Below are positions 38,701-52,936 of a stretch of DNA of 64,000 bases, piece by piece. Source of the DNA: Octopus sinensis (lineage: Eukaryota); assembly GCF_006345805.1 (NCBI RefSeq), contig NC_043002.1:120342001-120406000 (forward strand), written 5' to 3'. The stretch's first letter is position 1. The number at the start of each line of letters is the position of its first letter. A program made the position numbers and the translations under genes. The notes below the pieces were generated by a model. It did not search any database. It saw only the letters and a list, made by a program, of their open reading frames with translations, and was not told the DNA's origin.

Positions 38701-39304
38701 TCACTTCCTAGTCTTACATCTGGTACATTTGTAAATTATTGGGTGTTTCGCTGTACTTCTTGCGTCAGTGCTACAATGTCTGCTGCAACCGAACATTCAT
38801 TTCTTTTGTGTGTGTGTGTGTGTGTGTTTTGTTTTGTTTGTTTTTCTAAAAGCTGACTTGTCCTTGGTCTCTTTTGCGATTCAGAACTAAGTGTTGGCGT
38901 TTGCAAGGGAAGCGTGTTTGCTTTCACTGACAGTGTTGGTAAAATCGAGTTCCATGTGACATTGGCGACTAGCATGGCAGCTTTGCTGTTTGTAATGATG
39001 ATGGTGGTAGTGGTGGTAGTAGATCTCTTGTTCCTCCTCTTTACTGCCATATTGTTGTTGTTGTTCTCATTTCCAGTTTTCTCGTTCCTGTTGCTGTTCT
39101 TTTCTTTACTTATCTTGTCGCTGTCATTGGTGAACCGTCCTTACAATTTGTTGTTGCAGTGGTGATGCTTGTCGCGCTTCTGGCTGGTGGCAAGAGTGGT
39201 GCAGTCAGTGTGGTCGTCAATTCTTTTGTTTCTTGTCGTCATCGTTGTTGCTCTCGGCTCCAAGTGTAGAGCGTCACTTTGATGTCATGCGTTCATCTCT
39301 CATT

Positions 39305-39350
39305 CAACAACAACAACGACAACTACAACAGCAACAACAACAACAATAAC

Positions 39351-39409
<59 letters not shown>

Positions 39410-39443
39410 TAACAATAATAATAATAATAATAACAATAACAAC

Positions 39444-39515
<72 letters not shown>

Positions 39516-39520
39516 TAATA
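39305..39520. repeat. (AAC)n/(AAT)n array
   Basis: Read directly. Confidence 0.95.
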
Positions 39521-39532
39521 GTAATGGTTTCC

Positions 39533-39981
39533 AATTTTGCCACAACTTCAACAGTTTTAGAGGCGGAGACGAGTCGATTACATCAACCCCAGTTTTCAAC
39601 TCGTACTTATTCTATCGACCCCGAAAAGATGGAAGGCAAGGTTAACCTCGGCTGCATTTGAACTCAGAATGTAGCAACGGGCGAAATACTGCTAAGCATT
39701 TCGGCCAGCGAACGAACGAATCTGCCAGCTCGTCGCCTAAATAATAATAATAACAATAATAATAATCCTTTCTACTGAAAGCACGAGGCCTTGAAATTTG
39801 GTGGGGAAGGGACTAATCGATTACATTGACCCCAGTATTTCACTGGTATTTAATTTATCGACCCCGAAAACATGAAAGGCAAAATCAACTTCTGCGGTAT
39901 TTGAACTCACAACATAGCGGCAGACGGAATACCGCTAAGCGTTTCGCCCGGCATGCTAACGATTCTGCTAGTTCGCTGCCT
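39533..39981 (-). mobile_element. Two tandem SINE family B copies separated by (AAT)n
   Basis: Reverse-strand core and head occur twice. Confidence 0.8.
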
Positions 39982-39983
39982 TA

Positions 39984-40210
39984 ATCATCATCATTGTTCG
40001 ACCGTGGTCGAGACAATGGAATTTACCATGCTACGCCAGACTTCACGGTCCATCATGGCATTACGGAGGTCCTGTTACTGGATGCCTGTATCCCTGGAGA
40101 TTACATCAGAGTAGGAGAGTGTGCGCCCTCTGGTATTGCGAGTAGATGGCTTCCAGAGGAGAAGAGTAGAAATTACCTCTTTTTCAGCTCTACAACAATG
40201 TCCAGCTGCC

Positions 40211-40212
<2 letters not shown>
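39984..40212 (-). mobile_element. RTE/RTEX-type LINE 3' end with (TGA)n tail
   Basis: AGHCCRAEKEVISTLLLWKPSTRNTRGRTLSYSDVISRDTGIQ*QDLRNAMMDREVWRSMV, followed by short TGA repeats. Confidence 0.7.
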
Positions 40213-41071
<859 letters not shown>

Positions 41072-41089
41072 TTAATAATAATAATAATA

Positions 41090-41166
<77 letters not shown>

Positions 41167-41821
41167 TTGCTTGTCAGTTGTTTGACCTTAATCAGTTGAG
41201 CATGTCCCTCAGTGGCTGACGATATGTGCATCTCTGATCATGAGCAGAAGTAGTGGGGGAGCATCAATGCCCTGATGCAGTACCAAGCAGCGACTCTCAT
41301 GGCTTCTGATCTTAACTGATTGCAAGTGTTATCATGTACATTGTTTTGTCTTGGTATAAAAGATGGGCTACAGCAAATATTCTGCTCAATACCACAGATT
41401 TGCTTGTCAGTTGTTTGACCTTAATCAGTAGAGCATGTTCCTCAGTGGCTGACGATATGTGCATCTCTGATCATGAGCAGAAGTAGTGGGGAGCATCATA
41501 GCCTTGTGTTGAGAGGGATTCTTTGGGGTTTGAATAATTCACCTCTGGAAACATGGGTATTTCATTGAACATCCTTAGACAACCCTTAATCAGGGACCTT
41601 TTGAGTGGGATGGGTTACCCGACCAGAAGAAAATTCTAACTGGGCCCCAACCGCAAGGTCATGCGCTATTTATCTTGTTATGAGATCACCATGTTGCGCA
41701 CATATGGTTGTGATGCATGTGCCTAGTGTACCCTTATCAGACGGGTAGTCATGATGGGTATACTGGGCTTCGCATATTTTACCCCAGTGTCACTTTGATG
41801 ACATGCACTGCTCTCTCACTC
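41167..41821. mobile_element. Same (AAT)n-embedded element, copy 2, preceded by a ~100 bp internal duplication
   Basis: 41266-41821 matches 20108-20664; 41167-41265 repeats 41399-41498. Confidence 0.8.
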
Positions 41822-41831
41822 AATAATAATG

Positions 41832-41887
<56 letters not shown>

Positions 41888-41889
41888 CA

Positions 41890-42099
41890 TTTCTACTATG
41901 GGCACAATGCTTGAAATTTGGGAGAAGGGGACGAGTCGTTTATATTGACCCCAGTGCTTCACTGTTACTTGATTTATCGATCCCGAAAGAATGAAAGATA
42001 AAGTCGACCTCAGCAGAATTTAAACTCAGAACGTGGCGACGGACGAAATACCGCCAAGCATTTCGCCCGGCATGCTAACGTCTCTGCTAGCTCACCGCC

Positions 42100-42100
<1 letters not shown>
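41890..42100 (-). mobile_element. SINE family B between (AAT)n arrays
   Basis: Reverse-strand core and head. Confidence 0.82.
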
Positions 42101-42101
<1 letters not shown>

Positions 42102-42169
<68 letters not shown>

Positions 42170-42192
42170 TAATAATAATAATAATAGAGAGT

Positions 42193-42244
<52 letters not shown>

Positions 42245-42257
42245 CAGACAGATAGAC

Positions 42258-42320
<63 letters not shown>
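42102..42320. repeat. (AAT)n followed by (GATA)n/(GACA)n
   Basis: Read directly. Confidence 0.95.
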
Positions 42321-42321
<1 letters not shown>

Positions 42322-43698
42322 CTAAGAGACTGAGATCAAATTATGGAGCATGACCACTACTTTCCAATAATAAACCTGGAATGTATGTATGTTGAACCTG
42401 AATGCGTAAAAATACTGACATTTCTGATGACAGGTGCCTCATTTCTAGTCTTTACTTGATTCATGAATGCAGCTCTTTCTAAGCAACCTATGGCGTGAAC
42501 TTATGCCTGACAAATGAACTACATTTCCACCATCTTGGAATCCTTCTAGACTCAAAGGACTGTTAGAGACGATTTACACAGAGTCATTCAGGCTCTGTTG
42601 TTATCTGATTCGTAGACATTACAAACTTGTCAGATGAAAAATCTGTTAAGGCACAAAAATGGATATATTCAATATATTATATGATTTATTGGTGGAACTG
42701 GAGGTTGCCGTGGATAGATCTTTCAATAATGGCACATTTACTCGCTTTTAAGTACACATTCAACGATAAGGCATAAACTGCGGTCAAAGCCTTCACTATT
42801 CTTATAGTATCGGCAACTGAGGAAAATTTTTGCTGAAGTAAAGTTTGCCCGGAATCGGTCAGATAAAGGACAAGCCAAATACTGGGTTGATATAATTGAC
42901 TAACTCATTCCCCCTAACGTTGCTGGGCTTGTGCTAAAATTTTCAACCATAATTATTATTTACTTTCTTGTAAAAAAGATCCGTGCAATATTTAGGTCAG
43001 AAGATATTACAAATAAGGAAGAAATTCAGAGACAGTTCGAGTTTTTGTCCATCAAACAGTTTTTGAAAGAGGCCAATCACTTTATCAACTAGAAAAACGT
43101 AATGTCGAAATTCGATAGATCTATAAATATATCAATTATATCAGGTTTAAATAAAATTCAAAACAAAACCTTGTAACCTTTTATAAAATGCAGCTTTTAT
43201 ACTGTTTGATGTATGGGCAATTTTTTGAAAAATAATATAATTACAGAAGTTATGAATATTAAAAGTAATTTATAAAAACTATCGCATATTAATTAAAATC
43301 ATTTACAGTAGTTTAAAATGTTATTTGCGATGTTCAAAGAAGGCGTTGCTCTATAATAGCGCGGAGATAATTTGTTTTATATTGAAATACGTTTGAAGTA
43401 GCATAGATTAGAATAATTACTTGGTGTTTTGGTATAAACATTACAGCATGATGGTTGGATAAATTGTACAGGGAGCGGAAAAATAACCTCGCAGAATCGT
43501 TCTCGATAAAACTAATTTACTCCCCCAGGTTGTTTGTAGCTTTTTCTACTTCGAGTTCGACGGTTAAAAACAATTTATTTTGTGAAGTTTCCCAAATTTT
43601 ATGGCGTAAGCAATATACCACACACGCACACACACACACACATACATATATACATACATACAACATTCACACACACTCACACACACAAACACACACAA

Positions 43699-43729
<31 letters not shown>

Positions 43730-43730
43730 C

Positions 43731-43798
<68 letters not shown>

Positions 43799-44954
43799 AA
43801 CATAGTAAAATAAACAAAACGAGTATTGTGAACTTGGTATGGGTAGTGGAAAATTCAACGTCTCGAACCGAGTCCTTCTTCAGGGAATTGTTAACAGAAA
43901 AGAAAGTAAAAGATTAAATGTTTGAGTTGGCGTATTTCGCTGACTTGAATAAGAATTCTAATTTTCGCAAGGATGAGTATGTAAAATCGCCACGAGATGA
44001 CCTCTGTGATGGTGAAGCCTATCATTTATAATCCTAATTTTAAGGGGGGATACGATATTTTTCCTAATGCGTGTAACGATTTAGTCACAGGAAACAAGAT
44101 TAGCAGAATCTTATTGAAAAATACTTTCGATGTCAGTTCATGAGGTCTAACTTTTACATACTCTGGATTCTTAGTTGAAGACTTAGCTATCGACCATGAA
44201 AGGAATCGATTTTGTAAGATTTTAAAATTTAAAATTTAGGAAATATCGTATTAAAGATTTTTTCTCACCCAAAAAAAAAAATCAAAAGATAATTTTGTGT
44301 GATATGTGTCAGATAGTTCTGTGCCGTGTTTGTTTCTATCCTTAATTAATATGTGCGTAATTTACTTTTTTACCAATCTCAGTCACTTTAATATCGGAAT
44401 AAAATAATGTTCTGATTAATGTCCAGTTTTATTTAATGTAACTATAGTACTGTTTCCATAATCTAACGTGATTTCATGTATTCCATAATATAAATATATG
44501 TCGTAAAGTAACGGCGGTCATTTGAGATGATTACTTTTACAAGATATACGATAATAAACAGTAAAGAAGCTGAGAAACATAGATACTAAGTTAGCTACTA
44601 ATTAGTGTAATTTTGGTAGTAATGACTTATGTCCCTCTTAGTGTGAGGCATTTATGTGTAATAATACCCTCTATACAATATAAATATAATTAATATGTTT
44701 AAAAGGAAAAAAATTATTTTCGAATTCTTTTCTCTTATGAGGTTTTTCACGCTAACTACCTGATGATTTCTTGTTAAGATTCCTTATTAAGAAGTTATCC
44801 TTAATTGTTAAATTTAGCTACTAATTAGATATACAACTTTGTGACAAATAGAAATACATAATTACATATAACGATTGACTAATATTTGATTTATTAGTGA
44901 AATTACGGTAAGAGATAAGAGAATAACTACAAAAAGCTCAGTTGTACTTTGAAT

Positions 44955-45000
44955 CTTTCTATTCGCTTATCTTATGTTTTCTTGTTCTTTTTCTTTTTAG
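44955..45000 (+). promoter_or_regulatory. 3' splice site (polypyrimidine tract + TAG acceptor)
   Basis: CTTATGTTTTCTTGTTCTTTTTCTTTTTAG lies immediately before the GC-richer open frame. Confidence 0.8.
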
Positions 45001-45494
45001 GTGTATGCCTTACGATGTTCCTGGTTATCAGTACAGCCACTGTGTGGATATCAGCTATCCAGCTGCGCATCATGCATTCGAAATCATCATTTCCAAGTAG
45101 CTTCAGTAAGTCTGGTCTGAGTACAAGCAGTTTCAACGACGAAACCAGTCTAACAGTGCCATTAGACGCAACACTTAGTACTGGAGCCAGTTGCTCAGGG
45201 ACCGCAGGCACCAGTGCAGACAAGCTCGAGAGCTATGTCATGGTAGACTACCTTCGGCACCAACAAAGTAGTTCGGGTGAAGAAGGGTGTGCCGGTGGAA
45301 TTCCCCCTGCTGGTATGGAGAACTTCATTAATGCCATTGTGTCGCAACGTGAACAGAGGAAATTCCAGCATCGAAGATTAGAAGGGAAGCGTCGTAAATT
45401 TTTCCTATCCAAAAATCTCGGATGTTGGTTTTCCCTCATTGCTACTCTACTGACTATACTGACGGCACTTGCACCACTTTTTGTCATCACCTAA
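45001..45494 (+). CDS. Terminal coding exon of a probable Cys-loop ligand-gated ion channel subunit (nAChR-like; M3, intracellular loop, M4)
   Basis: A long polypyrimidine tract ends TTTTTAG at 45000, giving a phase-1 entry (G|GT). The frame is open for 164 aa to TAA at 45492-45494 and is GC-richer than the flanks. GVCLTMFLVISTATVWISAIQLRIMH matches the register of nAChR M3 (GxYLTxxMxxSxxSVxxTVxVLxLHH). It is followed by a Ser/Gly-rich loop, a basic stretch KRRK and a C-terminal hydrophobic helix LGCWFSLIATLLTILTALAPLFVIT. That this is an exon is more certain than the family call. Confidence 0.62.
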
Positions 45495-45558
45495 AATACA
45501 ATTCATAAGCTTGATGCGCCGACAATGGCGACACAAATGTGAAAGAAAAATTAACAGC

Positions 45559-45564
45559 AATAAA
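45559..45564 (+). promoter_or_regulatory. Candidate polyadenylation signal AATAAA
   Basis: First AATAAA after the stop codon; another lies at 45681. Such hexamers are common by chance in AT-rich DNA. Confidence 0.25.
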
Positions 45565-46462
45565 CCCATAAACATAAGAGACAATATTGAATACAAAATA
45601 CTTAACAACAATTCATACAATAAGATAAATTCCATGATTTACTTTATAAAACAAAATGATAATATAACAGTTCTGAAGAGAATAAAAACACGATAAACAA
45701 TGTGGTGAAATATCAAACTGCCTAAACACACAAAGGGAAAAACTATAATCTGAGAAAGAGACCAAGTTTAAGAATGCCTTCATTGAAATAAACTACTGCT
45801 TTTGAAACAATATTCCCTTTGTATGATAAAAACAACAAAGAGAAAAGATGAGAACAATAGAAATGGAAAAGGGAAATTGATAGAAGGGTTTAGTGTCATA
45901 ATGTTATACATAGTTTGTCAGAATCGGACTCATACCAATTAATGGAACGCTTTACAAGTTGTAAATGTAAAAATTATTTTCTCTTGTTTAATTCCATAAT
46001 TTCTCAGATTCAAAAATATGATATTCTTCTATGTCTGGTGTAAAATATAATAGAGGTAATTTCGTTTTTGATTTCTATTTACATCTCTCAAATATATTTC
46101 CAAACAAAACGTGAAGAATAATTGACAAATTGATTTTATAAAACAATAGGCATTTATTTTCACCTTGGAAACGGGATGAGTTTAAAGTGAATTAAAGCAG
46201 GAACAAAAATACACAAATTGAAACCGCGCATACATATACTGATGAATATTTATATGTACACAGGAACCTGTGCACATAAATACGTATTTATACATAAAGC
46301 AAGCAACCTAAGTAGAGCACATAGGGTTTGAGTAATTCAATAAGTTTATTTATGCATGTATGTGTATACATTATATACAGATATAATCATAATTACAACT
46401 GCATATATATATATATATATAATATATATATATAAACAAATATATGTGTGTATATGTGTGTT

Positions 46463-46556
<94 letters not shown>

Positions 46557-46622
46557 AGCAAATATATGTGTGTTTGTATGTACACTTGTATATATATGTA
46601 TATATATATGTATATATATATA

Positions 46623-46671
<49 letters not shown>

Positions 46672-47861
46672 CCTACCATAATCAAGAAACTAGTTTTTCA
46701 GAGTTTCATACCTTGATTAAATTCCCGATAATCAGCATCATGAAGGAATTACGGTTATAGGGCTCAAGAGAGATTACTATATATAAGCAGATTTGTTTAT
46801 AGAGTAGTTAGATGGGTGGTTACCACTCTGGGCGTAGGGTCGCTCTCATGAATAGAGTGTTACTACGGTATTTTCGAGAACACATCTCTAGAACAGAACG
46901 TAAAAGTCATAACTAATGTAGATGAATGAAGGCTATTACTGGCCTGCAGAGTTGATGCCATAACGGGAATGAGTAATAGCAATGGAGAGAAAAATTGGAA
47001 CAGAGCAAGACTATATCATGTATATAAAGCATGGAAGATATGAATATGACAAACGAAACTTCGAATTTAATATGTTGTATTGTCAATAATATGCCAATTG
47101 CTGCAGCGAGTCTTAAATTACAGGAAAATAAAGATGATATGATAAAACGCTGGCCGAGAATAGTCAAGAGAGATTCTTGAGTCGACACAAAAAGAAAGTT
47201 CGGGGCGGTAGTTCAACAATATAATGTCAAATGACAAGTAGAAGAAATTCAAAGTGAGTCAGGTCAAAACGCGTGTGTTTCTGATAAGTGAATGAGTTGG
47301 TGGTGTGAGGGATACCATGTGAAGAGCAATGATTCAAGCTTTAGGAAATTAATACAAAACATCGATATTACGTTGTTTTAAGCTCTACATGTACTTTGAC
47401 AAAGGAGTAATACTTTGTTTTCACCATGCCTGAATAGCAATATATCGTGGAAGTTTCGTTATTGGAATCTGTCTTTTACATTTACCATGCATTTGTTTAC
47501 GCACTAGCAATTGGTTAAATCTGGTAGAAATAACAATAATTTCGTATATTATCGATTCTGTATTGCATTAAAAGTAAAAAGGAATTGTAGCTTACTGCAT
47601 GAGTTTTAGAACTTTATTTCCAATGAGCCTGTCATTTCGAAAATCATCAATCTACATAAATTATTCACAAAATATCAGTTAGTAGTTTGACTGGCACGAA
47701 ATATAATCATGTATCAAGCTCAGTTTTATTATGGTCTAAATTGGATCAGCATTTTGTCCCTAAATTTCAAGATTATCTACATGAGTGTTGCGTACGCCAT
47801 TTTATTGCAAATTCTTTTACACAAACGCACACACACAGATATATATACAAATACACACGCA

Positions 47862-47938
<77 letters not shown>

Positions 47939-48039
47939 ATACATATATACTTAAAAGAAAACGCAAGCATATCTACAGGCATGTCACACATTGTTTTCAT
48001 TTATCATGTTTTCTTTTAGATAAATTTTGCGTACATCCA

Positions 48040-48068
48040 TACATCCATACATCCATATATGTATATAT

Positions 48069-48104
<36 letters not shown>

Positions 48105-48364
48105 CTTGCCTCGCACTACATGATACAAGGGTATTTCAAAGGTTTAGACATGTGCCCAATCATATAGAAATATCTTGTAATCTAATATATACATTGCGTT
48201 TGTATTGTATTGAATTTGTTTGTTGACTCCAATCTATTGTTCTATTAAAACTACGAACAAATTTCACGCGCAAATCACACATACACACACACACAAGCAT
48301 GCACAGACACACACACATAAACATGTAACGTGTATAATAATGTAAGCATGTATATTAATATATG

Positions 48365-48409
<45 letters not shown>

Positions 48410-48507
48410 ATATATATATGTATGTATATATATATATGTATATATATATATACATATGTGTGTGTATATATATATATGTATATATATATATGTATATATA
48501 TATATAC

Positions 48508-48571
<64 letters not shown>

Positions 48572-48607
48572 TATATATATGCAGAGACGTGCACACACAG
48601 AGACATG

Positions 48608-48665
<58 letters not shown>
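48040..48665. repeat. Large compound (TA)n/(CA)n/(TG)n region
   Basis: Read directly; similar blocks at 46400-46670, 50773-51600, 55141-55500, 56214-56520 and 61770-62476. Confidence 0.95.
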
Positions 48666-48668
<3 letters not shown>

Positions 48669-49140
48669 CTAGAAGATAACATTTTGTTTGAAGCTCATCG
48701 CTTTAACTTTTGTTGTTATAGCTGTGAATAATTTCGTTAGATTTTATAAGCCTGTTTTTTTTTTTTAATCGCTTTTTGTAAATTATGTTTATGTTCATAA
48801 GAACACAGGAACATTTTCTCAGCCGCATACAAGTAAAATGTGAGTATGTATGTGTGTAAGTTCTATTTACGCTTTTTCGTATTTCATAATAAGCCGAGAA
48901 TAAAACATTAATGACTTCGGCCTGATTACTTTCCTGGCCGAATCTTTACCATTCACCCATTAAATTTCCACTCAATCTTCAGAAACTGAAATATGTAACT
49001 GAGTACATTAAACTCCACTGAGTGAAACCATTTGTATTTCTAACAATACAGGTCAGCTGTAGATGACGATATTTCCATATTGCAGCATCTTTCATACTCT
49101 TGCCTATTAAGTGTTGGAATATACTTTTCTTCATCACGTT

Positions 49141-49556
49141 ATTCTTTTACTCTTTACTCTTTTACTTGTTTCAGTCATTTGACTGTGACCATGCTGGAGC
49201 ACCGCCTTTAGTCGAGCAAATCGACCCCGGGACTTATTCTTTGTAAGCCCAGTACTTTTTCTATCGGTCTCTTTTGCCGAACCGCTAAGTGACGGGGACG
49301 TAAACACACCAGCATCGGTTGTCAAGCAATGCTAGGGGGACAAACACCGACACACAAACACATATACACACACATATATATATACATATATACGACAGGC
49401 TTCTTTCAGTTTCCGTCTACCAAATCCACTCACAAGGCTTTGGTCGGCCCGGGGCTATAGCAGAAGACACTTGCCCAAGATGCCACGCAGTGGGACTGAA
49501 CCCGGAACCATGTGGTTGGTTAGCAAGCTACTTACCACACAGCCACTCCTGCGCCT
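49141..49556 (-). mobile_element. SINE family A
   Basis: Full-length reverse copy with little divergence. Confidence 0.9.
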
Positions 49557-50767
49557 ATTGTTTATATAATTTCTTTATAACGATGGATAATGGATTTACT
49601 TAGGATTATATACGAAGATTATGAATATTCTACTGGACTCTTAAGTTAAACAAAGCAAGGTTTTCTTATCGGTACTCAGCCTTGGAATGAATATTCTCTT
49701 AGAAGTATTTTAACAGTCTTCAAACACAATTGATTTTACGTAGAATGGCTAAATAAAGATTTATAAGAATTAAAAACTTAGGGAGATCCCTAGCGATTGC
49801 TCTCTGTTACATAATGCAATAAAAATGCCATGATCGATATAATAGCAATGATATCTCCAAACAGTCGAAGAGATTTCGTGACTTTCAGAGTGAAACAATG
49901 CAAAGTTTTAAAATGTTCCCAAATTATATTTAATACAACTACTTTATCGGTTATTACAACATTACGTTGTGTCATACCTGCTTCCCAAGATGATTCGTGT
50001 TATTAAAAGCTGTTCACCTAAGGAAGTGTTACGGTGCTTTTACAATCTATTTTATATGGAACATACGTATATATAAACTAAAATATTTTACGCAGAGAAA
50101 CAATGATTGAATAGTATTCACGAAATTTCATTAGCAAATAGTTAATATAAGAGATTATTACCACGTCTCAATCATTGTGCTAATTTATATAGTGCATTTA
50201 AATATAATTTCATGGTGATTAATATTATGCTATGGAATCAATAGAAAATATATTATTTCGTATATATGGTAAAGAAATTAAATAATTCTTTTTCCCTTAT
50301 TTGGGAAGCTCTATAATTGGTATTTCTGACGAGAGTAATAACATAATTATGAACAAATTGTCGATAACGGTCTTTAGTTATTGAGCATCGATCCATGGAA
50401 AGTGAAATGCAATTTTATGTTTAATTCGATGTTTTATAGTAAAATTGCATATTCGGTTATTCCACAAAATTTTGGGGAAGATGATAAAATGTACCAATTA
50501 TTTATACAGGTATCTGTCAAAATACATTTGAAATTGTACTGATATCATGAAAGTTATTTTGTACAACAGATGGTGCATAGAATATCTCAAATTTACACCT
50601 CAGTCTACTGCATATTTTATGGAATATAACCTTCTTTGTATATTCACGTATGAAAAATACGTTACAGCGCATAATATTTACTGTTATATAATAAGTATTG
50701 TTAGCACCAAAGCATTTATACGGATTCATATAGATATATACGCACATATCTAAAGAAACAATGAAAG

Positions 50768-50810
<43 letters not shown>

Positions 50811-50822
50811 ACCTTTATATAT

Positions 50823-50856
<34 letters not shown>

Positions 50857-50927
50857 GTATATGTGGTGTGTATGTGTGGTGTGTGTGTGTGGTGTGTGTG
50901 GTGTGTGTGTGTGTGTATGTATGTATT

Positions 50928-50968
<41 letters not shown>

Positions 50969-51338
50969 TTATATATATATATATATACACATACGTACAA
51001 CACATACATACATGTGTGTGTGTACACACGCATACATATGCATATATATAAGTGTGTGGAGACCAACGGGAAATGACGCAGGGTTTGAAGGGCATTCACT
51101 GCGTAACGGAATGACTTAACGGTTCGTGACACAAAACACATGAAACAAATATGAACAGCTCTCGGCCATTCGAAAACAATCTTTCGTATTCCCGAAGATG
51201 TGGCCGAGTAGGATTTCACGTCCACTAAACTTTAAGTAACATGTTAGTTAATTTATAATAATACACACACACACAAAATATATATATATATATAATATAA
51301 TATATATATATATACATACATACATCATATATACATAC

Positions 51339-51371
<33 letters not shown>

Positions 51372-51546
51372 TATACAATATTTATATACATGTATATATA
51401 TATATGTATATATGTATATGTGTATATATGTATGTAGATATATATTATATATATAATATATATAATATATATATATATATATGTATGTATGTATATATTA
51501 TGTATGATATATAATTTACGCAAATTATCATATGCACCTATATCTT

Positions 51547-51577
<31 letters not shown>

Positions 51578-52458
51578 CTCTCTCTCTCTATATATATATA
51601 TATGATAATTTGCGTAAATTTTTAGATTGTATATACTTACTTATTTAAGCTCCGAACATACACAGTAACATACACCACCAGAAGCATTTATAGATACAAG
51701 TATACATATGTATGCGTGTGTTTCGTACTATTATTGTTATTTAATAACTCCTGACCCGCTTACAAATATTATGCAAATTATCCAATTTCTTTTTTAAGAG
51801 AATTTCCTAGATGATGAAATTTAGTTACGTCTGATTTCTGTCTTATCCGAAGCAATTCAGGTGCAATTACTTATATCATTTTATTTATTTAATTAGTTAT
51901 TTAAAGACATATAACTATTTGTGTATCTGAACTTTGTATTACTTATACAGCCCTATTAGAAAATTCTTATAGCACCCTTTCATGAAGAGAATATATATTG
52001 AAGGAAACATTTTTCTATCCCATTGTGTATGGCAAACAAATAAAGTATGCTATTTTTGTAGTAAATTCTCAATCTAGCCTGCTTTTTGATATATGTTAAT
52101 ATGACATCAGAATGTTAAAGGATACATCCAAGTATGTATTTAAAAAAATGTGCTAAACTTAAGTGTAATTATAATTATCAAGAAGACGAAGAAAGGGTTA
52201 ATCTAGTTCAGCAAATCGTGTACGGTGCATCAAAACACAATCACGTCTTCGTTTTCAGTTAGAACACATTCAAATTTGCTAACATTGATAATGTCTTCGG
52301 AAAAGCTATGAGATGCTAATTATTCTAATTATCGTCTTTAAAAAGTATAAAATTGTAAGCAAAAATCCATTAAATTAATGAGCGTTATTATAATTAAGGA
52401 AATTATGTTATGAAGTTCCATAAATCAGTGAGGCACCGATTTGGCATAATTGTTGTAG

Positions 52459-52936
52459 AGGCACAGGAGTGGGTGTGTAGTTTAGTAGCTTGCTTACCAA
52501 CCACATGGTTCCGGGTTCATTTTCACTGCATGGCACCTTGGGCAAGTATCTTCTACTATAGCTCTGGGCCAACCAAAGCCTTGTGAGTGGATTTGGTAGA
52601 CGGAAACTGAAAGAGACCCGTCGTATATATATTTATATATATATATATTATATATATGTGTGTGTGTGTGGTGTGTTGTGTGTGTGTGTGGTGTGTGTGT
52701 GTGTGGTGTGTGTGTTGTGTGATGTGCGTGCGTGTTGCGTGCGCGTGTGGTGTGTTGCTGCGGAGGTCGGTATTGTTCCCCCAACATCGTTTGACAACCG
52801 ATGCTGCTGCGTTTACGTCCCCGTAACTTAGCGGTTCGGCAAAAGTAACCGATAGAATAAGTCCTGGGGTCGATTTGCACGACTAAAGACAGTGCCCTAA
52901 CATGACTCCAGTCAAATGACTGGAATAAGTAAAAGA
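52459..52936 (+). mobile_element. SINE family A
   Basis: Full-length, with an expanded compound internal microsatellite. Confidence 0.88.

Noticed and set aside
38914-39165. DSVGKIEFHVTLATSMAALL resembling the Cys-loop M1-M2 linker and M2
   Set aside because: No M1 helix upstream (charged residues and a stop), no suitable phase-1 donor after M2, and it lies in a decayed trinucleotide tract. It is worth checking only if junction reads point here.
44949-45000. N-terminus MNLSIRLSYVFLFFFFL of the 181-aa ORF
   Set aside because: It starts at TTG and is the translated polypyrimidine tract of the acceptor; the exon begins at 45001.
44972-45490. Two minus-strand ORFs (83 and 80 aa)
   Set aside because: They are antisense shadows of the GC-richer coding exon.
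46470-46670. Recurrent TAAT/ATTA phase flips within (TA)n arrays
   Set aside because: They cannot be distinguished from single-base read or assembly errors in low-complexity DNA.
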